Shown: positions 52,481 to 64,000 of the stretch, in pieces
How positions within the stretch are numbered: the first letter of the stretch is position 1
How the letters are laid out: each line of letters opens with the position of its first letter
Notes under the pieces: model-generated
Told to the model about the DNA's origin: nothing
What the model saw: the letters and a program-made list of their open reading frames with translations, nothing else
Databases searched by the model: none
Assembly (NCBI RefSeq): GCF_963921235.1
Contig: NC_086124.1
Coordinates: 11,222,001-11,286,000 of the forward strand
Origin: Mobula hypostoma
Taxonomy: Eukaryota
DNA: 64,000 bases
Reading direction: 5' to 3'
Made by a program: the position numbers and the translations under genes

Positions 52481-54098
52481 CCCAGCCCTATTCTGAAAGT
52501 TTAAGATGTGCAGTAGTCAGGAATGCTATTGAAATTGAGTTATATTAAATCATCATTTGGTTTTGATTAATGATGAGTCTAATTGATGACTTAGCTGGCT
52601 GGTGGTTAGTGGCATCTGCACCAAGCTGAGGCGAGTGGTCCCTGTTTCGAATCCGGCTGGCTACTTGCACGCTTTCCATCTGTGCTGGGTTGAGTGTCAA
52701 GTTAGTCACTCAGCCTCGTAAAAAAAATCCTAAAGAAATGGCAAGGTTGCTGCCTGATGCGCCATAAGGCGCAGAGAGGAACAACAGCTTTTGGATGATG
52801 CAGTTCAGCAACCTTCTGCAACTTTTATGCATTTGGCCACCCTGGCAGCATATGGCTGGGGGGGTCGTAGATTACCTGAATCTTTATGCCTCTTTAGGAG
52901 CCATATATCTATTTTCTGTCTGCTTTGTATTTATGTGGCACATTTATTTTGGTTAATTTGTCATGTGGGTTGGGGGTGGTAGGAGTGAAGAGTATAGTTA
53001 TGTATTTACGTTTTGTCTTCAGTTTTTTATCTGGTTGGAGTTGGAAGCAGCTGGGAATGATATTTTTTTGAATGTTTCGCTTATCATTTAAATACATTTG
53101 AGAAAATGCTTGGCTTACGTACATTTGAATACTCTTGGGCTGCTTATTTCATTATATCATTAGTTTCATCGTTACAAGATCGTTTGTCTTTGCTGGTTAC
53201 TCAATAAGGGATAAGATGTACTTTCATTGACTTGGAACTTTGTTGTTTGTGGAGAGAGCATCATACGGTGTCAATCCTTCCCTCTTCCCCCCCCCCCATC
53301 GTGTTTAGCCTCTGAGGGGGGGTGGGTTTGCTTGAAAGTAACGATTACACTCCCTTTTGACTGAAGGTAAGGTTACAGATAAGTTTGGGGTATCTTGTAC
53401 TGTTTGTCCACTTTCTCAAACCTCCTTCAACAAGGCAACAAAAGTTAGCTCCACAACGTCTGTACAATAATTATTTAGGTGAGCTTTGACCATGAACATT
53501 TGAACTGAGGAAGGCTCCAAATTCAAATGCGATCTCACTATTTTGTGATGTTTGTTAAAGATCAGTTTTATTTGTCACATGTACATTGAAATGTGTTTGC
53601 ATCAAATCAAATCAGCGAGGATTGTGCTGGGCAGCCTGCAAGTGTCGCCACGCTTCTGGCGCCAACATAGCATGCCCACAACTCACTAACCCTACCCCAT
53701 ATGTGAAGGGAAACCGGAGCACCCGAGGAAACTCAGGGTGAGACGTGCAAACTCCTTACAGACAGTGGCAGGAATTGAACTCTGATCTTTCAGCTGGATT
53801 CCGTAAAGCGTTGCAATAATTTAATGATTGATTATTTAATTTCTAGCTTGTCTTCACTTTCCAAAGCAGGTATTGTGCTTAACAGAATAAAAACCCAACT
53901 TCACCTGCATCAGGGGATTTGTTGAATAAACTGACTGAGTTATTGGGGTAGTCTGCTTTGATTTAAAGTGTTAATTTCAGTGCCTGAGGTGCAACAAATA
54001 ACATTCACTAGTTGAATAAAACAATGAAAAAAAAATTGATGATCAAAAATCAAAGACATTGAGTCTTCATCCTGTATTTTTGTATGCTTGTTTTCTAG

Positions 54099-54228
54099 GC
54101 TAAAGCAATTGAGTGAAGAGCCATATACCCAGGATGAAGCAGAACGAGCAGCAGGAATGGGCTCCTACGTACCAGCAAAGAAAATCAAAGTCGAGACACA
54201 GGCTGTAGAGGAGGATATGAACATATAA
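54099..54228 (+). CDS. ZNF593: ZNF593 last coding exon ([43 protein letters not shown])
   Basis: ttctag acceptor and conserved [15 protein letters not shown]. Total CDS is 393 nt = 130 aa plus stop. Confidence 0.95.
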
Positions 54229-56231
54229 TAATTCACGGATTTAACCTTTCAATGAGATATGTTTTGAACTACTTCCAAAGACTAACTGTTGATTTAGCTG
54301 ACCTTTGTATTGTTAAAATTGTAATACAAGTTCAATTGTCATTCAGTCATACATGAAAACCCATGATTCCAGCCAAATGAAACAGTGTTACTCTGGGGCC
54401 CAGGTGCAAAACACAGTACCAACAGTCATACACAGCACATATGAAAGCAAGCACATATAAGAGATCAGTAAAATACAGTCACACTAAAAAATACAGTCCA
54501 AGTCCCTGTGTCCATGAATGTTGCAGCAGTCTGCAGTCGAACACAATATTGCTTGTCTTCCGCTGAGCAAACACTGGGGGGCAGCACTGACTCCAACGCC
54601 TCTCTCCTTGTGCGGCTTGAGGCTTTGTCCTCACTACAACCAAGACCACGCAGCTCCCCCACCACCAATAAATCAGCGAATCAGACTTGCAGCATTCAGC
54701 ATTAACAATATCCAACAGGGTCTTATGATCGCAAGAAAAGCGACTAAGACGATCGCTCGCTGTTAGGGTGCACACTGACTCCTCTGAACCCTCTCCGATG
54801 CAGGCAGCAGGGCGAGCCGCACTAAGACCAGCTCCTTCACTTTCTCTGCTAACAAGCAACTCGCTGATGGGGTAGTCCTGCAGTACTCTAAATTCTTAAT
54901 GTCCAGCAGGGTCTTGCAATCATAACAAATACATTTAAAAAAGACAATAGCCCCTTTGGTTGGCCCTCTAGAAGCCACTGCGACCAAATGCGACACCATC
55001 TTATTGGAAAAAATAGACCCAAAGCCAGTAGCTTGAAGTTAGGCTGTCTTGCTTCATCTGCTGGCTGTGGTATCTCTTGTGTTAACTGATTAACTCCAGT
55101 CTACATTATTTTGGTGATCAAGATCCATGCTTGATTGCATTTGCACTGCCAGATATCAACTAATAGCGGAAGATAGGAGTTCAGCTCTTGGGTCTGCACG
55201 ACAGCCAGCTAGGAAGGAGATAGAAGGAAATTACTATTTCATACCGACTCAGTTATAGTGTATCGTGATATTTGAATGATGCTAGGATAGAAGTGTAAAG
55301 GCAAGCATGAGGAATTTTAAAGGATGTATGTTTGCAGAGTAACAACTGTGGGCAGTACAGTGATGAGACAGCAGACTAGAATCTGGACAAGCAAAAAAAA
55401 AATCGGGGAATGTGTGGAATTGAGCAGCATCTGTACAGGGGGTGGGGAGGTGGGGAATTGTTTGTCCCTTGGGTCAACACCCTGCATCAGGTTCATGGAA
55501 AACATGAACAAATGAAGACTGTTTAGAGCAGGGGCTTACAATCTCGGGTCCACGGACCCCTCGGTTGATGGAGACAACAAACTGAAGATTGTAATATATA
55601 GGAGCAGGGCTAGGCCATTTGGCCCATCAAGTCTGCTCCAGCATTTCATCATGGCCGATCCTTTTCCCTCTCAGCCCCAATCTCCTGCCATCTCCCCGTA
55701 TCCGTTCTTGCCCCGACTAATCAAGGATCTTATCAACCTCAGCCTTAAATATACCCCAATGCCTTGGCCTTCACAGCCATCTGTGGTAACCAATTCCACA
55801 GATTCACCACTCTTTGGCTAAAGAAATTCCTCCTTGTCTCTGTTCTAAATGGACATCCTCTCCACATCCACTCTATCGAGGCCTTTCATGGTTGAAGACA
55901 CTTAATGGGGGTGGGGGGGGGAGGAAGAGGAGGATAAAATTCAATGAGCTGGAGATACCTGACCCAGGAGACTGAAAGCAAAGAGCTGAGAACGGAGACC
56001 CTCCGATGAAGGCCAACGAGGTTCACCGGGCCATGCCTTTATTCATTGGAACTTTGGAGAATGGGGCGGGGGGGCAGTGCAACCCTATAGAAATGTTTGA
56101 AATTATGAGTGTAGGATAGGAACAATCCTCCCTGGGGTAGAGGAGTTTAATTTGGGTTGAGAGGGGAAACTTTCTCTCAGTATGTGGAATGATCTGGGAG
56201 ATTGCTGGGCGGCGTGGTTAGAAGGGCCTGG

Positions 56232-56356
56232 GAAGGGTCTCGGCCTGAAACGTCGACTGCACCTCTTCCTACAGATGCTGCCTGGCCTGCTGCGTTCACC
56301 AGCAACTTTGATGTGTGTTGCTTGAATTTCCAGCATCTGCAGAATTCCTGTTGTTT
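56232..56356 (+). mobile_element. Penelope-derived terminal segment, near-identical to the 42.2 kb arm
   Basis: gaagggtctcggcctgaaacgtcgactgc...ttgaatttccagcatctgcagaattcctgttg, truncated inside the hammerhead. Confidence 0.85.
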
Positions 56357-58453
56357 ACTGTAGTCAGAATCAGGTTTAATATCACCAGCATATGCGTGAA
56401 ATTTGTTTACTTTCCAGAAGCAGTACAATGCAATACATAATTAAAAAACCATGAATTACAGTAAATATATGTAAATAGTTAAGTAGTGCAAAAAAAAGGA
56501 AATAAAAAAGTGAGGTAGTGTTCGTGGGTTCAGTGTCCATTCAGAGTGGAAGAAGCTGTTTCTGAATCGAGTGTGTGCTTTCATGTTCCTGTACCTCCTC
56601 CCTGATGGTAGCAGTGAGAAGAGGCTTAGACTTGGATTGTATTTGTGCTATGACCATAAATGAGTTAATTGTCGTTTTTTCAGAATTTCTTGTGCTTTGA
56701 TAATGATTCTTTTTCATGATAGCTAAGTTTCATAAGTCAGTGTGTATATTCAGCGACAGGAGGCTACAAAGCTGATGGGTGCAACATGAAGCAATATTCA
56801 GGAGGTTTCTGCATCTCTGCCGAACTCATGATTAATAGGACCAGTTACATCAAAACATTAAAAAGCTCAGGATGACAAACAGTAGGAAAAAGGCATGAAA
56901 TAACTTTCCAAGAATTACAGGAAGCCATTCAGATATCTAATTTCTGACTCCCTATTGCATATTTCAGGTTCCACAAATCAAGCTTCTGTCTTCTGCCTCT
57001 GAATTCTATTACAGAGTATCTGGATGGCTGACATAAGCTGTGGCTGCCAAATGTTTGAATTTTTTTTGTAGTATTTAAAGTCGACAATTAACTTATTTGT
57101 AAGTTGTCCTCAAGGCTCTGTAAATCACAGGATAGGAGAGTTTTAAATGGGAATAATAGGTTTGTTATTTTAAACAATCCACTTTCTGTAATTTAAATAT
57201 AGACATACTGTCAATTATTTATTCAGTTGCTAAAATAGATTCTGGCACTTCATTTCTCCATTATTTGACATACATAGAATTGTGAAACTATAAAAAAGTT
57301 ATAAGAATATTGTTAGATTTACATTATTTCTATATATTTTGCCCCTTTTGTCCTTTCCTAGTTCCATTGTCAATCCCTCCCTCTGTTCTAAGGCAGATGT
57401 TGACAACGAATTATGGAGAGAGAGGCAAAGTTAAAATATTAACGTTTCCTCTCGCCTTGACCTCCTGATTTTTTTTGTGTTACCTTATATTTCTGGCATT
57501 GCTTTTTTAAAATCAGTAATTTCAGACCAAGGTTCCTTAGATCCGACATTGAGCACAAATGGATTATTCGTGTACGCTCTGGTGTGAGCCTTCTCTTGTC
57601 ATTTGGTGTCAAGATGGCGCAGGAATTTTGTCCTGGGCTGAATTGTAAGCAAGATTTTACTCCTAAAATCTCATTTAGTGCATGCCACTCAGAGTTGGAG
57701 CCTCAACTTTATGTTAGCAAGACGCCACCATATCAGGTTACGATCAGATCAGCTCATGAACTATCCAAATTTGTGTGAATTGGGTTTGCAGAAAGATAGA
57801 GAGAGGTTGGTAGAGAAAAGGAACTATTGTACTGGTTGGTGAGAAGCAGAAAGATATTGGGCAGGCCAATCTGAATGTATTTATATTCACGTGAAGTTCC
57901 AGTCGATAACTAAAGTATGCATGCCCATTGAATTCCTTGTCTCCAGCAGGGTGCACAATCACGAGATGACGAGCTCAAATAGAGTCTGCTTATTTATACA
58001 AGACTTCATAGATTGCTTTTGGAGCTTTCTATAAATATTATTGCAGCCCATGAGTTGAAATGACAAAATTTAAAAGGGGTGAGAGCTTTAAAGTAACCGA
58101 TATTACATATACTACTCTTCTGGTAGAGGGAAAGAAAACACTGATTCAATGCATTTTCAACTTTAAAAATTTAAGCAAGTCACCAATTTTTAAAATTCTC
58201 TGCACTCTTACCAGAGATGCTGATTTTGCCTTTGCTGAACTAACAGATTCAGTCATACAGCATAGAAAAAGGCCCTTCAGCCTATCTTCTCAATGCTGAC
58301 CTGATCTGCCTAGTCTCATCCACCTGCACCAGACAATATGCCTTTAAATCTCTCCCATTCATGTACCTATTCAAACTTCTCTTAGATGTTACATCTGAAC
58401 CCACATCGACATCTTCTGCTGGCAGCTCATGCCACACTCATACCACCCTCTAG

Positions 58454-58533
58454 CAGGGCTTCCTAACCTGGGGTCCATGGACTCCTTGCTTAATGCTATT
58501 GGTTCATTGCATAAAAATGGTTGGGAACTCCTG
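58454..58533. mobile_element. hAT/Charlie-like MITE (partial paralogue at about 55529-55570)
   Basis: TIRs cagggcttcctaacc...ggttgggaactcctg, preceded by ctctag (Charlie-type target). Confidence 0.55.
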
Positions 58534-59901
58534 CAGGTTCCCCTCAAATTTACCTATGCAAGCAAAGTAACATCCATTTACTAACTTTCATCAGAAATAC
58601 TATCTGACAATTCTTAATGAACAATTGTTGTAGCTCCTTTAGGATCATCTCCTGACTTAACTGCAATTTTCCTGGGCCGTACACACTTGGATCAAGTGGT
58701 CTCCACACATCTCTGCGCGCGTGTGTGCACACACACGGGTTAATTATTTAGAACTGAGGTGTGTACAAATTTCTTCTTTCATGGGGTAGTGATTCTCTGG
58801 AATTGTCCACCCCGAGGGTACAGAAGGCCAGATCATTCAAAATATTAAATGTGCGGACAGATAAAGATTGAAGAACTGGGGTTCACAGACTTAAGAGAAA
58901 ATCTGCAGATACTGGAAGTCTGAGCAATACACACAAGATGCTGGAGGAACTCAGCAAGCCAGGCAGCATCTATGGAAAAGAATACAGTCGACGTTTCGGG
59001 CCGAGACCCTGCAGCAGAACTGGAGAAAAAAACATCTAATGAAATGCATTGTGAGTGTCAAATCAGATCAGTAAGGATTGTGCTGGGCATCCCGCAAGTG
59101 TCAACATGCTTCCAGCACCAACGTAGCAAGCCCGCACCTCACTAACCCTATAACCCTTTCGTCTTTGGAATGTGAGAGGAAACCCGAGCACCCTGTGGAA
59201 ACCCATGCAGTCACAGGGAGAACATACAAACTCCTTACAAATAGTGGTGGGAATTGAACCCTGATCTTACAGCCGCCACAGTAGAACATTGTGCCAACCG
59301 CCACACATACCATGCCTGGGGAATCGCAAGTAATCAGTGCTGCCTTTTAAAGCCCTTAAGTTTGGTCCGCTGTGTCTACTCACCTGCCTTATTGCTTTGA
59401 TTCGCCATCAGTGAATTTTCCAAAGTAGACTTTGTTTGCAGAACAAAGAGGGTGTGGTGTAATCACTCTTCCCAGCAAGATTTAATGAAACTTTGTAACT
59501 CCAATGTCACCTCCTCTATATAAGTGTATTTTTCTTTGTTTTCAATCAATGTGCATGTGTGTAAGCAATAGGGTTCAAAGGGCCACAGCACACAACATGG
59601 TTAGTTAGTCCAACTCTGCGTTCAGATGCATGCTTTATCTCGAGTTGGTGTGGTACACCCAAAGGAATCATTATTAAGGCTTATTTATTTATTGAGATAC
59701 AGTGTGGAATAGGTCTTTTCAGCCCTTCAAGCTGTGCCACCCAGCAACCCCTGATTTAACCCTAGCCTAATCACGGGACAATTTAAAATGACCAATTAAC
59801 CTACCAATCTTTGGACTGTGGGAGGAAACTTTACACAGATCCCACATCTTCTTGATCTTTCTTCCCATCTCAGTGGTTTCTCTTCCCTTAATGGTTAATA
59901 A

Positions 59902-60207
59902 TAATAAAAATAAAGGTATCTGTTAGTCTTGCGAGACCATGGACCTGCACCTGGAATGTCTTCACTCACTAGGGCGCAGGCCTGGGCAAGGTTGTATGGA
60001 GGACCGTCAATTGCCCATGCTGCATGTCTCCCTTCTCCCACGACAGGGGAGCGAAGGGCAAGGGCCGATACAGCTTGGCACCAATATCGTCGCAGAGCAC
60101 TGTATGGTTAAGTGCCTTGCTCAAGGACACAACACGCTGCCTCGGCTGGGGCTTGAACTCATGACCTTTGGGTTGCTAGTCGAATGCCTTAACCACTTGG
60201 CCACGTG
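59902..60207 (-). mobile_element. tRNA-head CORE-type SINE with TSD tggttaataa
   Basis: Same head and CORE block as the 27629-27867 copy but a different 3' tail. TSD at 59892-59901 and 60206-60215. Confidence 0.75.
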
Positions 60208-60387
60208 GTTAATAAAGTGCAGTTAACATTGAGGCAGGTTTGTCTGGAAGTCAAGTGTAGTATTTAATCAAGTTCAGAAATGACTGGAGCCTAGTGACAT
60301 CAAGTTTTCAGGTTCTGATAAAAGTTGCAGTCCAACTTTGCTCAATGATAGACCAAAATAAGTCACCTCTTTCTGCAAGGCCTGCAG

Positions 60388-60785
60388 GAGGACCACAAGT
60401 TTGACATAGGGTTTGGAGGCTTGTGTGCCTCAATGACCCTGAGACCTACGTTGGCTGGAGTCAGGGCTTTATGCTTTGGCTCTTGGTAGTTAACACAGGC
60501 CAAGCAGGTCAAAGGGTAGGGGCTAGACTAAAAATGGCCCACCAGTCCTCCAAGTTCAGAGATCCAGCTCAGGGCTAACAACCCTGACTGGTCAAACAAA
60601 ACTGTTATGGAAACAGCAATGAAGAATCCTTCTACACCCAAGTGCAATGAGTCCATGCCTGGGATTTGCATGACTGACAGTAGTGAAAACTGAGAGGAAG
60701 CTACTGACATGATGAAGGAGACCCTGAACACCACCAGAGATGGTCCTTCATTGCTGCCCCTAATGCCAGTGGTATAATGGGCAAT
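60388..60785 (+). mobile_element. Family B RTE-derived element, uninterrupted copy
   Basis: Contains both halves seen split at 22 kb and 32-35 kb. Confidence 0.75.
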
Positions 60786-61694
60786 TGCTTGCTTTCTGCA
60801 AGGGAGGCACATCATTTACATTAAAGATTGACAAAATTCTGAACACCTTCTCAGGCAGATAAAGGCGTCCTTCCTCCATGGTGGTTCCTATTAGTAAGTC
60901 ACCGCGATTCGCAGATATTACTGTGCCCTTCGCAGCAACAAAGCCATGGTTATACACCATACATCTGCTTTCAGGGTCTCAGCATCCACAGATGCTGCCT
61001 GACTCTCTTGAGGTTCTTCCTCAGTCTGCTTTGCAATTAAATGAGTACAACTTATCTTTGTTCATTGTCAAGCCATGCTTTATTTTGTTTATGCCACTAG
61101 ACACAAGTGTTCATTTGTTATATGCCATGTTGTATGATGTGGGCAATCATGCTCTTTCCATGACCATGACTGTTCTTGGCTAACTTTTCTACAGAAGTGA
61201 GTTGCCGTTATCTCCTTCTGGGCAGTGCCTTTACAATACGTGTGACCCCAGCCATTATCAATACTCATCAGAGATTGTCTGCCTGGCATCAGTGTTGCAT
61301 AACCAGGACTTGTGATCTGCACCGGCTGCTCATATGACCAGGTGCTGTTCCCCTGGCTTCATGTGACCCTGATCAGGGGGCTAAGCAGGTGCTACTCCTT
61401 GCCCAAAGGTGACCTGCAGGCTAGCGGAGGGAAGGAGCACCTTACACCTCCTTTGGTAGAGACGTACCTCCAACCCGCCACAAGGGAAAGAAGCTGTTCC
61501 TAAATCGTTGAGTGTGGATCTTTAGGCTCCTGTACCTCCTCCCTGATGGTGGTAACCAAAAGAGGGCTTGTCCCACCCCCATGGTCTTTGGTGATGGATG
61601 CTGCCTTCTTGCGGGACCATATCTTGAAGGTACCCTTAGAAGGTCATGCCCACGAAAACCTATTATTTGCAAACATAAAGCAAGTTAGAATAAT

Positions 61695-61904
61695 ACACAC
61701 AAAATGCTGGAGAAACTCAGCAGGCCAGGCAGCATCTATGGAAAAGAATGCTGTGGATGTTTCGAGCGAAGGTCGAGGATTTTGGCCAGAAATGTCGACT
61801 GTACTTTTTACCATAGATGCTGCCTGGCCTGCTGAGTTCCTCCAGCATTTTCTGTGTGTGTGCTGTATGGATTTCCAGCATCTGCAGATTTGCTCTTGTT
61901 TGCC
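61695..61904. mobile_element. Second TSD-flanked palindromic Penelope-derived mini-element (older)
   Basis: Imperfect inverted arms. 12-bp TSD agttagaataat at 61683-61694 and 61905-61916. Confidence 0.8.
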
Positions 61905-62149
61905 AGTTAGAATAATGTAAGGTTTCCTTTTCCATCAGTATTTTCTCTCTTTTTTTTAAAAGCATTAGCGATTCCTGACTCCCCTGGGACGGTGTGATGC
62001 GCTCCCTCCACACTGTCTCGCTTCAGAAATCAGAGTTCTTTCAAAAACGGGACGAACTCCAAAACTCAGCGGCTATTTTGAAAATGTAATGCGACAAAGT
62101 AATACACACAATCACATTCGCAACCCACTGAACGCAAAGTATCTCAAAG

Positions 62150-63100
62150 CAAAACTGAAAAGCGCCGACCCCCCCGCCTCCCCCGACGCCGATTTTCCGC
62201 CAGCAGGCTGGGTTTTGTTCAGAGAAACACAGGGATTGAAGCCATATGTCCCACCGGATGTTCGGCCTTTGCTTTTTACCGCAATCGGATCGGAGGCAAA
62301 AATCTGCTCCTTCCACGGAGCCGCTGCCTACGATTTCGGACTTTGCAGAACAGAGCCGCGCACAACGCTGAATTTCCAGAGCTCTGCGTTTATTTTAAGA
62401 GGGACGGGGGTGTGGATAATCGGGTAACGGAGCAGCTGTGGGAGGGATGTGGAGGATTTGGGAGAGTTTCCCGGCTGCTGATTGGTAACCGTAACGGGCC
62501 CCATTCCACTGCGATAGTTCCGCTCCTGTTGCGGGCTCTCGTCTCGCTTCGTTCCCGGCGGCACGTAACCCTCTCCCGAGCAGGGGTGATGTGAGGACGG
62601 GCGGAGAGCCGAGAAACCAGCTCGTCCGATGCGGCCGGGAAGCGGCGAGGGCTCGGGCACGGACGGACAGCGGGACAGATGGCGTCGGATGTAAGGCAGC
62701 GCAAGAGCCCGCGGAACGGGCAGCGGGACCGAGGTCCGGCCCCGTGGCGAGCGGTGGCCGGCGGAGAGCTGGCAAAGAGCGGCCGCTCGGGGCTCCTGCT
62801 GCTGCTGGGGCTGGGACTCGGGGTCGGAATCCTGGCCGCCGGAGGATGGAAATATTACACAGATTCCCAGCGAGCGAAGCAAGTGAGAGAAACCGCCGGC
62901 TTTATTTTCCCTTGTTCATTTTATTGCCGAAAGCAAACGGACAAACCTTGAAATTAAATAAAACCTGGCGGATTGAGTCGATTAAGGGAAGAATGAGGGG
63001 ATTTGGGCTGAGTTTTCTGCATTGCATTAGCCCGCCGGCTCGAAGGGCACTCGCCGTGTCTCCCGCCCGCCCCCATTCGCCGTGTTTTTGCCATTAGATC
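62150..63100 (+). promoter_or_regulatory. CpG island / SELENON promoter
   Basis: CpG-dense, with inverted CCAAT (ATTGG 62481-62485) and GC box GGGCGG (62599-62604). Confidence 0.75.
62679..62882 (+). CDS. SELENON: Selenoprotein N exon 1 (68 codons; basic N-terminus and type II TM helix)
   Basis: MASDV...LLLLLGLGLGVGILAAGGWKYYTDSQRAKQ then a phase-0 GTGAGA donor. Resembles the fish SelN N-terminus (MAADV...KYYLDIQ) and the human exon-1 boundary. SELENON lies near ZNF593 in human. Confidence 0.75.
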
Positions 63101-63230
63101 ACACGGAGTCTTTCTCTGTTAAGTCATAGTCACAAGAGTCTCACGGCACAAAAAGGCCCTTCGGCTCATCTAGATCTAACCAACACACACAAAACGCTAG
63201 CGGAACTCGGCAGGCCAGGAAATGAATAAG

Positions 63231-63268
63231 CAGTCGACGTTTCGGGTCGAGACCCTTCCTCAGAACTG
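63231..63268 (-). ncRNA. Minimal type I hammerhead ribozyme, intact core, within a PLE fragment (about 63180-63365)
   Basis: CAGUU-CUGAGGA-A-GGGU CUCG ACCC-GAAA-CG-UC/GACUG, with a 5-bp stem I and 4-bp stem II. Confidence 0.7.
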
Positions 63269-63419
63269 AGAAGGGTGGGTAGCTGTAAGGTGATAGAAGA
63301 AGGCAGGTGGGTGGGGAAAAGATCAAGGGCTGGAGGAGAAAGAATCTGACGGGAGAGGAGAGTGCACCTGGACCATGCCCCTCAAGCCCATGTACCTATC
63401 TAAATTTCTCTACAAAATG

Positions 63420-63650
63420 TAGTAGATTCAGCGCAGTACATCACCGGTAAAGCCTGCCCAACCATTGACATCTACAGGAAATGCTGTTGTAGGAAAGCAC
63501 CATCCGTAATCCGAGATCCTCACCACCCAGGCCATGCTCTCTTCTCGCTACTGCCATCAGGTAGAAGGTACAGGAGCCTCGGGATTTGCACCACCAGGTT
63601 CAAGAACAGTTACTACCCCTCAACCATCAGATTCTTGAATACAAAGGTGA
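63420..63650 (+). mobile_element. Rex1/Babar 3' fragment
   Basis: DPHHPGHALFSLLPSGRRYRSL...RFKNSYYP translation. Confidence 0.8.
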
Positions 63651-64000
63651 TAACTACACTTGCCCATCCATTGAGATGCTCCCACAACCTATGATCTCAC
63701 AAGGACTCCATCTCATTATCTCATGTTCTCATTATTTATTGCTATTTATTTATATTTGCATTTGCACGGTTTGTTGTCTTCTGCACTCTGGTTGATCTTT
63801 CATTGATCCTATCCTAGTTACTATTCTATAGATTTGCTGAGTATGCCCACAAGAAAATGAATCTCAGGGTTATATATGGTGATGTACTATACGTATATGT
63901 ACTTCGATTTACTTTGAACTTTGAAATCAAACCCACATCCACTGGGAGATCTTTCCACCCTCTGAGTGAAGTTTCCCTTCAGACATCCTTTAAGCATTTC

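Noticed and set aside
62041-63097. Multiple overlapping ORFs in the CpG islands (also 43764-44240)
   Set aside because: These result from stop-codon scarcity in GC-rich DNA. Only the SELENON exon has a recognisable product and splice donor. The SECIS and Sec codon lie outside the window.

Overview
Vertebrate genomic DNA, most likely a cartilaginous fish (ray or shark). This is inferred from the repeat complement: HER1-like CR1 LINEs, HE1/V-SINEs, DeuSINE remnants, Rex1/Babar, Nimb, Hero and Penelope-like elements. Three host genes are supported: exon 1 of RLF (minus, 13388-13516, CpG-island promoter), the complete ZNF593 CDS (plus; probable non-coding exon 1 at about 44.0-44.2 kb; coding exons 48965-49164, 50945-51007, 54099-54228; 130 aa) and exon 1 of SELENON (plus, 62679-62882). 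Most of the remainder is nested transposable elements, and most ORFs in the supplied track are TE fragments or spurious. The most notable signal is about 15 dispersed Penelope-like terminal segments carrying a minimal type I hammerhead ribozyme (stem I-CUGANGA-stem II-GAAA-CG-UC/stem I). Some form TSD-flanked 130-230 bp mini-elements, and one is a perfect 95-bp palindrome folding back at the ribozyme. Other observations are modular SINE shuffling, two CR1 insertions about 15-20 bp apart in the same non-autonomous RTE family, and structured RTE 5' ends. All family assignments come from motif recognition by eye; no database searches were run.
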